From: Felis catus | Lineage: Eukaryota | Direction of reading: 5' to 3' | Assembly: GCF_018350175.1 (NCBI RefSeq) | Contig: NC_058383.1 | Location: forward strand, 26,724,001 to 26,788,000 | DNA length: 64,000 nucleotides | Part shown: positions 38,431 to 50,844 of the stretch, piece by piece | Numbering within the stretch: the first letter of the stretch is position 1 | How the letters are laid out: the number at the start of each line of letters is the position of its first letter | Made by a program: the position numbers and the translations under genes | Notes under the pieces: model-generated | Told to the model about the DNA's origin: nothing | What the model saw: only the letters and a program-made list of their open reading frames with translations | The model's database searches: none

Positions 38431-39827
38431 ATACTACAAAGCCTGTGTTCTTATCAGTTGCTGCCTCACCAGCACCAGGAATCCAGTGCCCTCAGGTGTA
38501 TATTTGAAATAGATTGTGAACGAGACATAGAGGAAACTCAATTTTTGAATCAAATGCTGGCACATTAAAAAAAAAAAAAAAAAGACAAACCAAAACCAAA
38601 AACCTGCCATGAATTGATGGCTGGAGCAAAATGAGTATTTTCCCAATGTCTAAATTCAGTGACTGAACCTGAGACTTGTTTTAATTTTAAAATTGTCTTG
38701 AAGCCATTAATCTTGCCAGGCATTATGGTGCAATTTTGCCAAGTGGTTCCTCAGGAGCATTTTATTATGATAAAAATCGCAAGTGTGACCCTAGTCTTTA
38801 TTTTGTGTGCTCTCCATCATTTCCTATGATAAGCGATATTTCTGTAGTTCACCAACCTCCTCAATCTTTGTTTGTTTAGGGAGAGAATATTAATTAGTGG
38901 TGCTAAGGAGACCATGAGCCACAAGTGAAATTTTGATAATGGAATTCCTTAGACTGTCTTTGCTCCCCAAGGCATCCTCTGCTTAAGTAATCCAATTGAA
39001 TGTAATTATTAACATAAGAATAATGATATTAGTGTTGTTTCCTACTTCAGTTGTTACTCATGGAAAACTGCAAGTTCCCATAAATTTATTGGCCTCTGTT
39101 CAAAGTGGAAAATAGTCTCATTTTATGTTTTGTTTCTCTATCATTTTTGCTTTGCTCTACTCATTCTAAACCTGGCAGCTGGATCCTTATGATGGTCCTT
39201 ATTGGACTTGGGGGGAAAATTAAGAAGTTTCTTGTTCCTGTTTGAAAGAGAAGCCTGTCCTAGGTGGAAAATCTCAAATAGGCTGTCTTCCATTTTCCAC
39301 AAGAAGTTGTCTTGAAGTTCTATTTGGGCGCTGTAAACCATTCAAGCCTTTTGCAAAACCTCTCCTGGTTTCCAGTATCTCTCTCCCAGTCCATCATCTG
39401 GACACACTGAGCATCATGTTTTCCAAAAAACATATCTGGTTTTTCAACTTCTTTGCTGAAAACCCCTGATAGGCTTCCCCCTGCTCTTAGGATAAAATTA
39501 GATTTCTTCTCATGCCGTAATGTTGTGACTCTTGTCTGCCTGCCCGGCCGTCTCCATCTTCACTCCGTCTCCCTCTTTCATCCAGTCGTGTTAAGTGTCT
39601 TTGGTTTACAGAGAGAGTAAACCATCTTTGGCCTTAGCATGTGCTGTGAACAGAGCACTCTTTCCTCCCTAATTCAGGACTTGATTTAGGCACCAGGTCC
39701 TCCTAGAAGGTTTCTTGTCTTCACAGGTCAAGTGTGGTGCCTGGTGTTAATTTTAAGGAAGTATAAGACTCAACACTTGCAGATAGACCTTGATGGGACA
39801 TTGTCTAAGCCTCATGGAACCCCATGA

Positions 39828-40070
39828 GTTTTTTTTTTTTTTAATTAAAAAAAATTTTTTTAATGTTTACTTATTTTTGAGAGAGAGAGAGAGAGAGAGA
39901 CAGAGCATGAGCGGAGAAGGGGCAGAGAGAGAGGGAGACAGAATTGGAAACAGGCTCCAGGCTCCAAGCTGTCAGCACAGAGCCTGACGTGGGTCTCGAA
40001 CTCACAAACTGGGAGATCATGACCTGAGCCAAAGTTGGTCGCTTAACCGACTGAGCCACCCAAGCACCCC
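39828..40070 (-). mobile_element. Feliform CAN-SINE
   Basis: TSD gaaccccatga. Confidence 0.92.
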
Positions 40071-40367
40071 GAACCCCATGAATTTTGTAACATTGCCTAA
40101 GATTCTCCACACCAACCATCCTTTTTAGTTTCCATTATCCTAGAATCATACTGTCCACTAATATAAGGGGTGCTGTACCCTTTATAGAGGGCCCAATCCC
40201 TCTTGATGCACCCATTATAATGTTTCATGTTGTACTATCATGATTTCACATATGTGGCCCCTTGACTACACACAGCAAGACCAGGGTATGCTTTCTGCAG
40301 TGTTACATTCTCAGCACTAAGCCCAGTGTTTGGTGCACTACAGGCACTTAAGATTTGTTTACTTGAG

Positions 40368-40571
40368 AGGCTCCTGGGTGGCTCAGTTGGTTGGGCATCC
40401 AACTTCGGCTCAGGTCATGATCTCGCGGTTCGTGAGTTCAAGCCCCGCGTCGGGCTCTGTGCTGACACCTCAGAGCCTGGAGCCTGCTTCACATTCTGTG
40501 TCTCCTTCTCTCTGCTCCTCCCCCACTCTCTCTCTCTCTCTCAAAAATAAAGCTTAAAAAATTTTTTTAAA
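40368..40571 (+). mobile_element. Feliform CAN-SINE
   Basis: TSD aagat(t/a)tgtttacttga. Confidence 0.92.
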
Positions 40572-40618
40572 AAGATATGTTTACTTGAATGAGCCTATTT
40601 GTTAGAGAATTGGATAGA

Positions 40619-40846
40619 GGGGCGCCTGGGTGGCGCAGTCGGTTAAGCGTCCGACTTCAGCCAGGTCACGATCTCGCGGCCCGTGAGTTCGAGCCCCGCA
40701 TCAGGCTCTGGGCTGATGGCTCAGAGCCTGGAGCCTGTTTCCGATTCTGTGTCTCCCTCTCTCTCTGCCCCTCCCCCATTCATGCTCTGTCTCTCTCTGT
40801 CCCCCCAAAATATAAATAAACGTTGAAAAAAAAATAAAAAAAAAGA
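40619..40846 (+). mobile_element. Young SINEC_Fc-like element
   Basis: ggggcgcctgggtggcgcagtcggttaagcgtccgacttcagcc, CpG-rich; TSD aattggataga. Confidence 0.95.
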
Positions 40847-40977
40847 AAATTGGATAGAATGCAGTTTTATTTAATATTTATATAACACACAGTGGATGTC
40901 ATAGCATATGGGGAAAAAAAACCATGTCAAGTAACTGTGTGGATAGTATACTTGAATTCAGAATCTTGATCTAGAGC

Positions 40978-41200
40978 TAAGGATTACAAACTACTCTCCA
41001 TGGGCCAAATCCAGGCCGCTGCCTGATTTTATAAATGAAGTGTTATTGGAATAATGCCACACCCACTTAATTACATATTGTCATTGGCTCTTTTGTGCTG
41101 CAATGGCAGAATTGAATAGTTGTGACCAAGACCATATGGCCCACTAAGCCTCAAATACTTACTATCTGGATCTTTACAGAAAAAGTTTGCTGACTCTTGG
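40978..41200. mobile_element. MER58A-like element
   Basis: atgggccaaatccaggccgctgcctg...ctttacagaaaaagtttgctgac. Confidence 0.85.
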
Positions 41201-41224
41201 TGTTGGATGCCACTCTCAACACGT

Positions 41225-41785
41225 TCATGCCTTTAAAAATACTTACTGAGCACCTACTATGTGTCAGGGACTATTCTAGGGATACACAGTGCAGGCAGAG
41301 TTCTTTCCTGCAGGGACTTATGGCCCAGGGGAGGGCAGGGAGAGGAGGAAGTATGCACAGAAACAAGCCAACATAAGTGCAGATTGCCCAGGTGCCCAAG
41401 TGCTGCAGTGGTATTGAAACAGACTGAGGTGATGGGGGGGGGGGGTAGGCATTGGGGCTGCTTTAAAAGAGCACACCAGGGACAAAGATCTAGATAAGGA
41501 GGAACCCACGCAGGCAGGAGAAGCAAAAGTACTAAGACCCTGGGGGACAACGCATTCCTCCTGTTGTAGGAACACAGACAGGCTGTGTGTGGCTGGAGTG
41601 GAGTGACTGAGGAGGAGGATGGCCCAGGCAGGATATGCTGGGGAGAGGATGGATGGGCCTGGACCATGCTGGACCTGGTGCAGCCCTGGGAGAGGAGTTT
41701 GGACTTCATTCCTAGCGTGATGGGGACCCAGGGGAGGGTTTTCAGTAGAGGAGTGACAAGATCAGCCATTGGAAAGACAGTTCTG
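41225..41785 (-). mobile_element. L2 fragment
   Basis: tacttactgagcacctactatgtgtcagg. Confidence 0.75.
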
Positions 41786-42377
41786 CTGTATGGCCACTGG
41801 CTTTGTAAAGTGGCATTCAAGACCCAGCCACTGCTTGTATTGTTATATTAAAGAAGATTTGATAGCGGCCAACCTGGTAACAGATGTTCTATTTCAGGTG
41901 CCATAAATGGCACCATACATCAAACCTGTTGACTTTCTACTTCTGAGACCCCAAAAGCAGCACAGCCCTAGCCCTCAGCGGCCCCACACTAGGTTGGCCA
42001 GACACTGTTTATTGGGGTTACAAGCAATGGAGCAGCTGTTGAAATTCTGCCTGAATTCTTGTCTACAAGCAGCAAGCTGCAGGCACTCCTCGCTTCTGTT
42101 AGGGTTTCAGAACCAGGAGGGACTTCCTGGGGATGAGGGAGGCACAGACTTCTTGGCACCTGCAGTCTGGTTTTTGTTTTGATGGTTAGAATGATGGCTG
42201 GTGGAGAAGGGGGAAGGAGGCATGTCTGTTGGCATTCCCCTCTCAGTTCCTCCCCCAGTGCCCCGAGAGGATTTCTAGAGCTCTTCATTTTTCTGGCCTT
42301 GGAAGGAAGGAAGGAAACTAATATCCATTGAGTAGCAACTCAGGGCTGGGTAGTTATTGTTTGGTAGTGACCATATT

Positions 42378-42542
42378 CCTTTCTTCCTCCCTTCCTCCCT
42401 CCCTCCTTCCCTCCGTCCTTCCCTCCGTCCTTCCCTCCGTCCTTCCCTTTCTCCTTCTCTTCTCTTCTCTTCTCTTCTCTTCTCTTCTCTTCTCTTCTCT
42501 TCTCTTCTCTTCTCTTCTCTCTTCCTTCTTTTCTTCTCTTTC

Positions 42543-42582
<40 letters not shown>

Positions 42583-42637
42583 TTTCACTTATTCATTCTT
42601 CCATCCATCCATCCATCCATCCATCCATCCATCCATC
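42378..42637. repeat. Compound pyrimidine microsatellite (CCTCCGTCCTTC)n/(TCTCT)n/(TTTC)n/(ATCC)n
   Basis: direct inspection; abuts a minus-strand L2 3' end. Confidence 0.92.
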
Positions 42638-43049
42638 TTACAAGAAATGTATTGAGCATTTTGACATACCAGACACTCTTCTTGGCCCAGGGGAGAGGCA
42701 GTGAACACAATAGACAAAGTCCCTAACTCCCTTGGTACTGATCTCTTGTAGGGAAGACAGACACTAAACAAATGACTATAAATTGGGTGGATAGCTCCTA
42801 GGATGAAAAATAAAACATAATGGGATGGAGAGAGAGTGTGGGCTATTTTATATAGGAAGAGGACTGGCCGGGGAAGGCTTTTTTGAAAAGGGGATATTTG
42901 AACAGGAAACGAAAGGAAATAAAAGAGGGAGGCATCAAACTTTCCGTCGGTTATTGTTACTCCTTCTTAGAGAAGAGGCTCCTGAGGGTCAGAAGAATTC
43001 ATTGGCTCTCCTGAGGTCGGAAGACAGTGGTCACTGTAGCAGCAGCAGT

Positions 43050-43290
43050 AACAGAGAAAATTTCCTAGGTGTTTATTTCCTGTCAGGCACTGGATTAAAC
43101 ATTTTATTTCTATTATCTCATTTAATCCTCACAACAAACCTGCGAGGAGGTTATAATTATTTTTAATCCCATTTCAGAGATGATACTGAGAGTCAGAGAG
43201 GTTATGTAACTCAGCCAAGGCCACAAAATAAATAAGTGAGAAGCTGAGATTCAAATCTAGGTTCACTGGTCTCCAGGATCCTAAATCGCT
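43050..43290 (-). mobile_element. MIR
   Basis: tctcatttaatcctcacaacaaacc...cagagaggttatgtaact. Confidence 0.8.
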
Positions 43291-43759
43291 TCCCAAACCA
43301 CAGCTGATGAAGCTGGAATTTGGAGTAAAGTCTCCGAAAACCCCTCTTTTCCAATAGGTCAGTGCTACTGCAGACTTTCAGTGGAAAGCTCAGTCCTTTG
43401 ATTAGCCTCCTGGAATGGGGCTGGTTGGATGGGTATTGAAATATTCCTAGGTGATGGGGGATCTGTGACCATAGGCATCACATGTCGTATCATCTCTGAT
43501 TTGCACAGAGACCGCCCTGTGACCAAGTGTCATGAGCCAAGAGCTTGGGTGTCCAATGAAAGTTGACTGGGACCTAAATTTCTCTTTGAAAGGAATGGGC
43601 AATGCAGCTCCATTAGTTTGAAAAAAACATTTACTCAGTGCTTCAGTCAATCCTCTGAGTTGGTGAGAAAGACTACAGACATGTGATACAGTTGTATGAA
43701 TGTGTATAACCCCTACACCACAAATGTTTTAAATGCAACCTGTTCAAAACTAAATATTT

Positions 43760-43990
43760 GGGGCGCCTGGGTGGCTCAGTCTGTTAAGCGTCTGACTTCG
43801 GCTCAGGTCATGATCTTGCAGTCCGTGGGTTCAAGCCCTGCATCAGGCTCTGTGCTGACCAGGCAGAGCCTGGAGCCTGCTTCAGATTCTGTGTCTCCCT
43901 CTCTCTCTGTCCCTCCCCCGCTCATGCTCTGTCTCTCTCTCAAATAAATAAACATTAAAATTTTTTTTAAATAATAAAAAAATTAAAAAA
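43760..43990 (+). mobile_element. Feliform CAN-SINE
   Basis: ggggcgcctgggtggctcagtc; TSD aaaactaaa. Confidence 0.92.
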
Positions 43991-44174
43991 CTAAAATAAT
44001 TAACTTCATCAAATTATTTCCTCTGCTGCATTTCTGATCTTTGATAATGACTCCATCTCTCTACCAGTTCACCCAAATGTAAAACTATGTAATGGTTGGT
44101 GTATCTTTTAATCTGTAGGTTTCCCCTTCAATTCTTTTATTACTAGAAAAAATGGATTACATATTTTGCAGAGC

Positions 44175-44340
44175 CTGGAAACTCAAAATATGGTCCATGG
44201 GTCACGAGCATCAGCATCACGTGACAGCTTGTTAGAAATGTAATGTCAGGCCCTACCCTAGACCTACTGGCTTAGAATCTGCATTTTACCAAGATCCGCA
44301 GGTGTTTTACATGCACTTTAAAGTTTGAGAAGCATTGCTG
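44175..44340. mobile_element. MER5-like hAT-Charlie element
   Basis: gcatcagcatcac...gcttgttagaaatg...ttagaatctgcattttaccaagatcc. Confidence 0.8.
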
Positions 44341-44619
44341 TAGACTTTCCCAGAGTCTAGATATTGCTGATTATGTCTCTGTGGTGTCATTTGACATGTT
44401 CTTCTATCTTCTGTGTTTCCTGTACATTGGTAGTTGAATCCATAAGTTTCATCAGGTTTCTGTCTGATTTTTCCCCCCATTTTTGGCAAGACTGCTTCAT
44501 TAGTGGCCATGTGTTTGTCCATCAGGAGGCACCTAATGTCTGTTTATGTCTTGTTTTGTGATGTTAGCTGCTGTATGATTAATGCCTGGATCCATGAGTT
44601 CATTATTAGTCCATGATTA

Positions 44620-44821
44620 AAATTTTTTTTAATATTTTATTTTAATTTTTGAGAGAGAGAACAAACAGAGGAGAGGCAGAGAGGGAGACACAGAATCCAA
44701 AGCAGACTCCAGGCTCTGAGCTGTCAGCACAGAGCCCAGCGTGGGGCTCAAACTCATGAATCGCGAGATCATGACCTGAGCCAAAGTTGGACTCTCGCCT
44801 GACTGAGCCACCCAGGTGCCC
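44620..44821 (-). mobile_element. Feliform CAN-SINE
   Basis: TSD attagt(c/t)catgatt. Confidence 0.92.
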
Positions 44822-45022
44822 ATATTAGTTCATGATTTTAAAACAGAGCAAGGGGCTGATTTGAACAGACCTGGTTTGTTTTGGAAGTGATTAATTTCTT
44901 TCACTTTTAGTTGTCATTTCAATAACACTAATAATATATAACACCAATTGTGTTTTAGGGACTGTTCTAAGGGCTTTATATAAATTAACTCATTTGTTAA
45001 TCCTCACAAGCCCCTTTGACAT

Positions 45023-45507
45023 AGTATGTTAGTTTCCTATTGATGCTGTAACAATTTGCCACAAGCTTCATGGCTTAAAACAACACAAATTTATTATCTT
45101 ACAGTTCTGTAGGCCAGATGTCCAAACTGGGTCTCACTTGGCTAACATCAAGGTGTTGGCAAGGCTGCACTTTTTCTGGAGCCTCTAAAAGAGAATCTTG
45201 CCTTTTCCAAATTTTAGAGACCATTTGCCATTCCTCAGCTTGTGGCCCCTCCTTCTATCTTCACATCTGGCAGTGTCACATCTTCAAATCTCTGACTCTC
45301 TTCTTCCTCCTGCTTCCATATTTAAGGTTATATTGTGGTTATATTGGGTGCACCTGGATAATCCAGAATAATCTTTCTATTTTAAGGTTAGCTGACCTGA
45401 ACTCCATCTGTGGCCTTAGTTCCTCTTTGCCATAGAAACTTACAGATTCACAGGGTCCAGGAATTAGAACCTGGACATCTTCAAAGGACCATTTCCTGCC
45501 GACCACA
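45023..45507 (-). mobile_element. MLT1D-like solo LTR inserted in a MIR
   Basis: ggcttaaaacaacacaaatttattatcttacagttctg...ctgccgaccaca; MIR halves at ~44930-45020 and 45520-45655. Confidence 0.82.
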
Positions 45508-45937
45508 ATCAGGCTCTGTGGTTCCTGCTTTACAAATGAGCAAAGTGAGATCCATCCAGGTGAAATAACTTACCCAAGCTCACACAGATCCTAACTGTTG
45601 GGACTGGGATACAAACATGGGGAGTCTAGCTCCAGAGTCCATGTTTTGAATCCTACACATGTGAGGTCAGTTTAACTGTTTTTGCTCAACACCAAATTTT
45701 CTGAGTCCTTGACCTTGCCAGCCAGGGACATTGAACCTGATAGTTATCAGGGGGTTCCTCTATACAACTGTTAACTGGTGAATTCACTGCCCTCTGGGAT
45801 GGTGAGTTGGTGTTTGCCTCCCAAAAGGTGGCAGAAATGGGCTGCTTCCGTTTTCAGTTTGTTTCAGCTACACCGAAACCCAGTGTGTTGTCAGCTACAC
45901 TGGGAAGATTGAGTCAATCCAACAGCAGGTCTTAATC

Positions 45938-45971
<34 letters not shown>

Positions 45972-45989
45972 ACGCATGCTGCGGACACC

Positions 45990-46455
45990 TCTGGCATCTA
46001 GTGAGGTCTATAGAGTCCTTGAGAGAACAACACAGAAAGTAAACGCAGAAATAAAGGTGTGTAAAATTACAAAAGATTTCTTTTGTAATTATCCTAAAAT
46101 GTGGTTATCAAAATTTCTAAAGAAACCACCAAATTTTTGTGATAGTAATATATGCCTCTCTACTAATGCATTAAATAACAAGATGTAGTGGTGGGTCTAA
46201 CAACTATTTAATTTCAATTAGTGATGCATGTAGACAATATATTGAGATGTCTACAACAACTGTAATGAGATATGAAAATATCCGTGATTTATATTGGTGA
46301 CAGATACTATGAATATTACTGTGATTTGTTGCCTACATTTATAATGGAAGCAAATACTGACAATCAGTTAGAGGTTACACAAAATGGGGGATTTTCCCAT
46401 TCAAGTTCATGGACCCTCTGGAGTCCGTCTACAAACCCCAGGTTAGCAACCCTGT
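45990..46455. mobile_element. hAT-Charlie element (Charlie4/MER113-like)
   Basis: caactgtaatgagatatgaaaatatc...ccattcaagttcatggaccc...ccccaggttagcaaccctg. Confidence 0.6.
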
Positions 46456-46632
46456 CTAGTATCTCACTGATTTGTGCTACTTAGTTGGTGTTTATTGTAA
46501 TTTAATAGAACCTAACAAGTATCAGTTGAGACTCCACTATGGGCAAGACACGTGCCAGCTACTTGGTATAGAACATTGAACAAAACAGATCTGGTCTTGC
46601 ACTGGATTTTTTTTTTTTTTTGCACTGAATCT

Positions 46633-46655
46633 TTATTTTTTTTATGTTTATTTAT

Positions 46656-46706
<51 letters not shown>

Positions 46707-46860
46707 ATGAGTGGGGAAGCGGCATATAGAGAGGGAGAGAGAGAATCCTGAGCTGACAGCACAGAGCCTGATGCAGGGCTCAATCTCACAAACTGTGAGA
46801 TCATGACCTGAGCCGAAATCAAGAGTTGGACACTCAACCGAGTGATCCACACAGGTGCCC
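46633..46860 (-). mobile_element. CAN-SINE
   Basis: long (GA)n; ends aggtgccc. Confidence 0.88.
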
Positions 46861-47211
46861 TTTGAAATGAATCCTTAGATGGCTTTGGGCAATATGGTCT
46901 TGGGCATTCTTTTAAGATTTCTTTTAAACTCCACTGCCCTCCTTGGGTTATTTTAGCTGTTCAATCTGACCACATGCTCTTGGAAAGCAGGAGTGATCCT
47001 GAACGTTTCCTCTTGCTCAGCCTCAGATGGTAGGCATTGAAACAACAGGAGGTTCAAAGATCAGTGTTTCCCAAAGTGTGGTATGTGCTCCATAGGTGGT
47101 ATGCAAAATGATTTTCATTGGTACATGGAAAACACATTTCTACATTCTGTCAATAATGAATTTATTTTAAAATACTGTATATAAAAAGAAACATGTAAAA
47201 CTAGCTACCAT

Positions 47212-47400
47212 GGGGTGCTTGAGTGGCTCAGTCGGTTAAGCATTGGCCTCTTGATTTCGGCTCAGGTTGTGACCTTACGGTTCATGGGATGGAGCCCTGT
47301 GGCAGGCTCCGTGGAGCTTGCTTGGGATTCCGTGTCTCCCTTTCTCTCTGCCCCTCCCCTGCCCATGCTTTCTCTCTGTCTCAAAATAAATAAACTTAAA
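47212..47400 (+). mobile_element. CAN-SINE
   Basis: ggggtgcttgagtggctcagtcggttaagc. Confidence 0.88.
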
Positions 47401-47401
47401 A

Positions 47402-47612
47402 TTTTTTTTTAGTGTTTATTTATTTTTGAGACAGAGAGAGACAGAGCATGAACAGGGGAGGGGCAGAGAGAGAGGGAGACACAGAATCTGAAGCAGGCTC
47501 CAGGCTCCGAGCTGTCAGCGCAGAGCCCGACGTGGGGCTCCAACCACAAGCTGTGAGATCATGACCTGAGCCAAAGTCAGACGCTTAACCTACCAAGCCA
47601 CTCAGGTGCCCC
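47402..47612 (-). mobile_element. Feliform CAN-SINE inserted in tail of preceding SINE
   Basis: duplicated aaaataaataaactt on both sides. Confidence 0.92.
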
Positions 47613-47719
47613 AAAATAAATAAACTTTAAAAACAAACAAAACAAAACAAAAAAACAAGCCATCCCAACACATGATAGGGGTTGCTATTGCTTGGGATGA
47701 AGAATTTTTTTTCTTTGCT

Positions 47720-48410
47720 TTAAAATTGTGGTGAAAAGGCACATAATGTTAAATTTACCATCTTCAATATTTTCAAGTGCACAGTTTAGTACTGTTAATT
47801 ATAGTCACATTGCTGTGCAACAGGTTTCTAGAACTTTTTAATCTTGTAAAGTTGAAACTCTGAAACACCAAACATTAATTTCTCCTTCCCCCAGCCCTTG
47901 GAAACCACCTTTATTCTTTTCTATGATTTTCACTACTTTAGGGACTTCAAGTGAGTGGAATTCTACACTATGTGTCCTTTTGTGACTAGCTTATTTCATT
48001 TGGCATAAGGTTCTTAAGGCTCATCTACACTGTATCATGTGACAAGATTTCTTTCTTTTTTTAAGGCTGCATAACATTTGATTGCCTGTATGTACCAAAC
48101 TTTATCCATTCATCTGTTGATGGACATTAGGGTTGCGTCTACTTGGTTATTGTGAATAATGCTGCAGTGGACATGAGGGTGCAAATATCTTTTTGACATC
48201 CTGCTTTGTGTTCTTTGAGTAAATACCTAGAAGTGCGATTGCTGGATTGTATGATAACTCTATTAACTTCTCAAGATAACATTTATACTAAGCAGCTGCA
48301 GCATTTTGTTTTCCTATGAACAGTGCACCTGGTTTCCAACTTTTGGAAACACTTTTGCCAACACTGTTTTGCTCTTTTGATAGTGGCTGTTCTAATAGGT
48401 GGGGGGTGAT
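47720..48410 (-). mobile_element. L1M 3' end
   Basis: tttatccattcatctgttgatggacatt; tacctagaagtgcgattgctgga. Confidence 0.85.
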
Positions 48411-49544
48411 AGAGGAGGAGGATATTTAACATGAAGTAAATAATACCAGAGGTGCTATCCAATCATGGCAAAACTGAAGGTGCACGAATGCATGTAGTTT
48501 GAGAAACCTTCCATCAAGACAACCTCTACAAAGGTGCTCAAAGCAGGCTCCGTAGACATGTAGTGCTATGAGACCCATTTTATTTGTCTTTGGCCAGACA
48601 ATACATAAATTGAGAGTACATGGTTAGAAACTCTTCTAGCAACTTGACTGTGATGCAACATCTAAATACGTGATCATTATTCTAACAATTCATTTATATT
48701 GTATGTTATGAAAATCTCGGCTCACAGTGGATTCGAAAACACACAAACCAAAACCGAAACCAAACTGGCTCGAAACTACTGATAGTTTGAGAAGCTCTGC
48801 TCTAAAGTTTTTTCAACCGTTACATTTTAACTACCTGACTTATTTTGGCCTCAATTTTGTCCATCTGTCAAATGGGGATGAGAAAGGAAGACACGCCGTG
48901 ATCGGCTGGTGGCTGGCCCGGTACCAGCAGCCAGGCTGTGGTGTTTCCACTTGAGCGGTTTCACAGGACCACGTATGGGAAGACTTCGTGCTCAGGGTTA
49001 TGACACTAGACAAAAATAAAAGTGTTCTGTCATCGCGTCTGAGCACGAAAGTGAGGGTGCCGTGCAAACCACGGAAACAGCAAACATTCTGTCCTGAGCA
49101 ACGGGAGCGGTGCTGCTTCTTTCCCAGTGACAGCTGTAGCCCCAGTCTGTATCTCCTGACTCCAAGCGTGGATCGACTGCTGCTTTCTGATGGCACGCAG
49201 CACAGAGCAAACCCGCATCCGGTAACACTCTGAGATGCACCACAGTTCCCCATGGTGTGTGGTCTTATTTGTTGCAACCCACCTTTCCAGACATGTTCCT
49301 GATAGCTGGAGTGCATGGACAAGGATAATAATAATAACAATAATAGGTAGCTGAAGGATTACATGAGTTAACGCATGCAAAGTGCTCAGAACGGTGCCTG
49401 GCTCCAAGTAGGGCTTATGTAAATGTTAGCTGCCATTATTATTATTATTGTTATTATTACCATTACTACCTCTTGTAGTGATTGGTACTGCCTCTTGCCA
49501 TAGAAGAACCCACACTGTGTTAATGGTTTGGTCTGGTTTGAATG

Positions 49545-49985
49545 GTGTGTGAGTTATCTATTGCTGTGTAACAAATCAACCCCAGTGGAAAAGCTTAAAA
49601 CAACAAACATTGATGATCTCACAGCTTCTGGTGTCAGGAATCCAGGAGCAGGTTAGCTGGGTGCTTCTGGCTTATATGGTTGCAGCCAAGCTGCTGTCCC
49701 GGGCTGCAAGCCAATCAAGGCTCCACTAGGGTAGAATCTGCCTCTAAGCTCATTCACATGGCCGCTGGCAGGCCTTAGTCCCTGTTGATTCGGGTCTCCC
49801 CATCGGCTACCTCATTGTCCTCAAAACGTTGCGAGTGAGTGATGGCACCAAGGGAGTGACTAAGGAGCGAGAGCAGGTGCCCATATTGTACTTACCCTGT
49901 AGACCAACTCTGGTGCCATGGGGAGGGGTGAGGCTATCAGGAGGTGGGGCTAATTGGGGGCCATCTTCAAGGCTGACCACCACAG
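49545..49985 (-). mobile_element. MLT1-like solo LTR
   Basis: agttatctattgctgtgtaacaaat...gcttaaaacaacaaacatt. Confidence 0.75.
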
Positions 49986-50844
49986 ATGGCCTCTCATTAT
50001 CCCTCCAAATGCCCCCCAACTTTCCCCTCTTGGTTTCACATGTAATTGATTACTAGAAGGCATCCGCCTTCCCTCTGAATGGTGCTTGGGAGACAAACAA
50101 GAAATGGGCGTAAGTAAGGCTGTGGTGGGGAGTGGCCTACAGGTGTTTGAGAAATAGAGGGTTTCATCCTGTCGGTTGACATTTGTCACAGCCTCTCCAG
50201 GGACAGGATTCTGGGAGAGTCAGCAATCAGCCCTACTTCCAGAGAGGGAGGAGGCTCTCTCCTCCAGTCTCCCCTCCCTGCAGTCAGAGCCCTGCATCTC
50301 TGACTGACAATGACAGATTATCTTATCAAAACATGGGCCCAGGACCACACTGTGATTGGCTGGGCAGAACCATCTCGGGTTGGAGAATTCTCTGAGAGAA
50401 CCGATTAGAAGGCATTTTAAGAACAGCGAGCTGATGCTACTCACAGCTGGCAGTTCTTGTTTATGACAAGTAATAATTGCCTCAGGTGCAGAGGAAAGGC
50501 GGGGAGGGCTCAGTGAGTTGATTCCGAGAGGACGCTCTGTGCACAGAGTTGGGCTCTGGGCAGAAACGGATGAGTGTAAGCAACTGGGCTAGGAGGTCTC
50601 AGACTGCATTTGGGGCTGGGGGAGCATCATGGGGTGGCCCCGAGCCACAGTCTGTTTCCTTCTCTGCCCCGAGAATGCCTTCTGCCACCCAATGGGCAGA
50701 AGTGGGGTGACTTGAAATTGTGGGAAGTCCCAGGTGTTCTGAGCAGATTAACCCAAAGCAGCAGGTGTCCTGCATTCGGGCCGGTCCCTGTGAGGGACAA
50801 GGGGGCCGCAATACGAGGTGTTCGTGCGACGGCCTGCAACACCC

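Noticed and set aside
41257..41820. 187-aa minus-strand ORF
   Set aside because: Lies within an L2 fragment; no recognisable domain
42328..42726. Hydrophobic or charged low-complexity ORFs (also 58983-59189)
   Set aside because: Microsatellite translations
48840..49340. 166-aa minus-strand ORF over the CpG-rich insert
   Set aside because: Starts and ends in MIR/low-complexity sequence with no recognisable homology; GC richness explains the lack of stops
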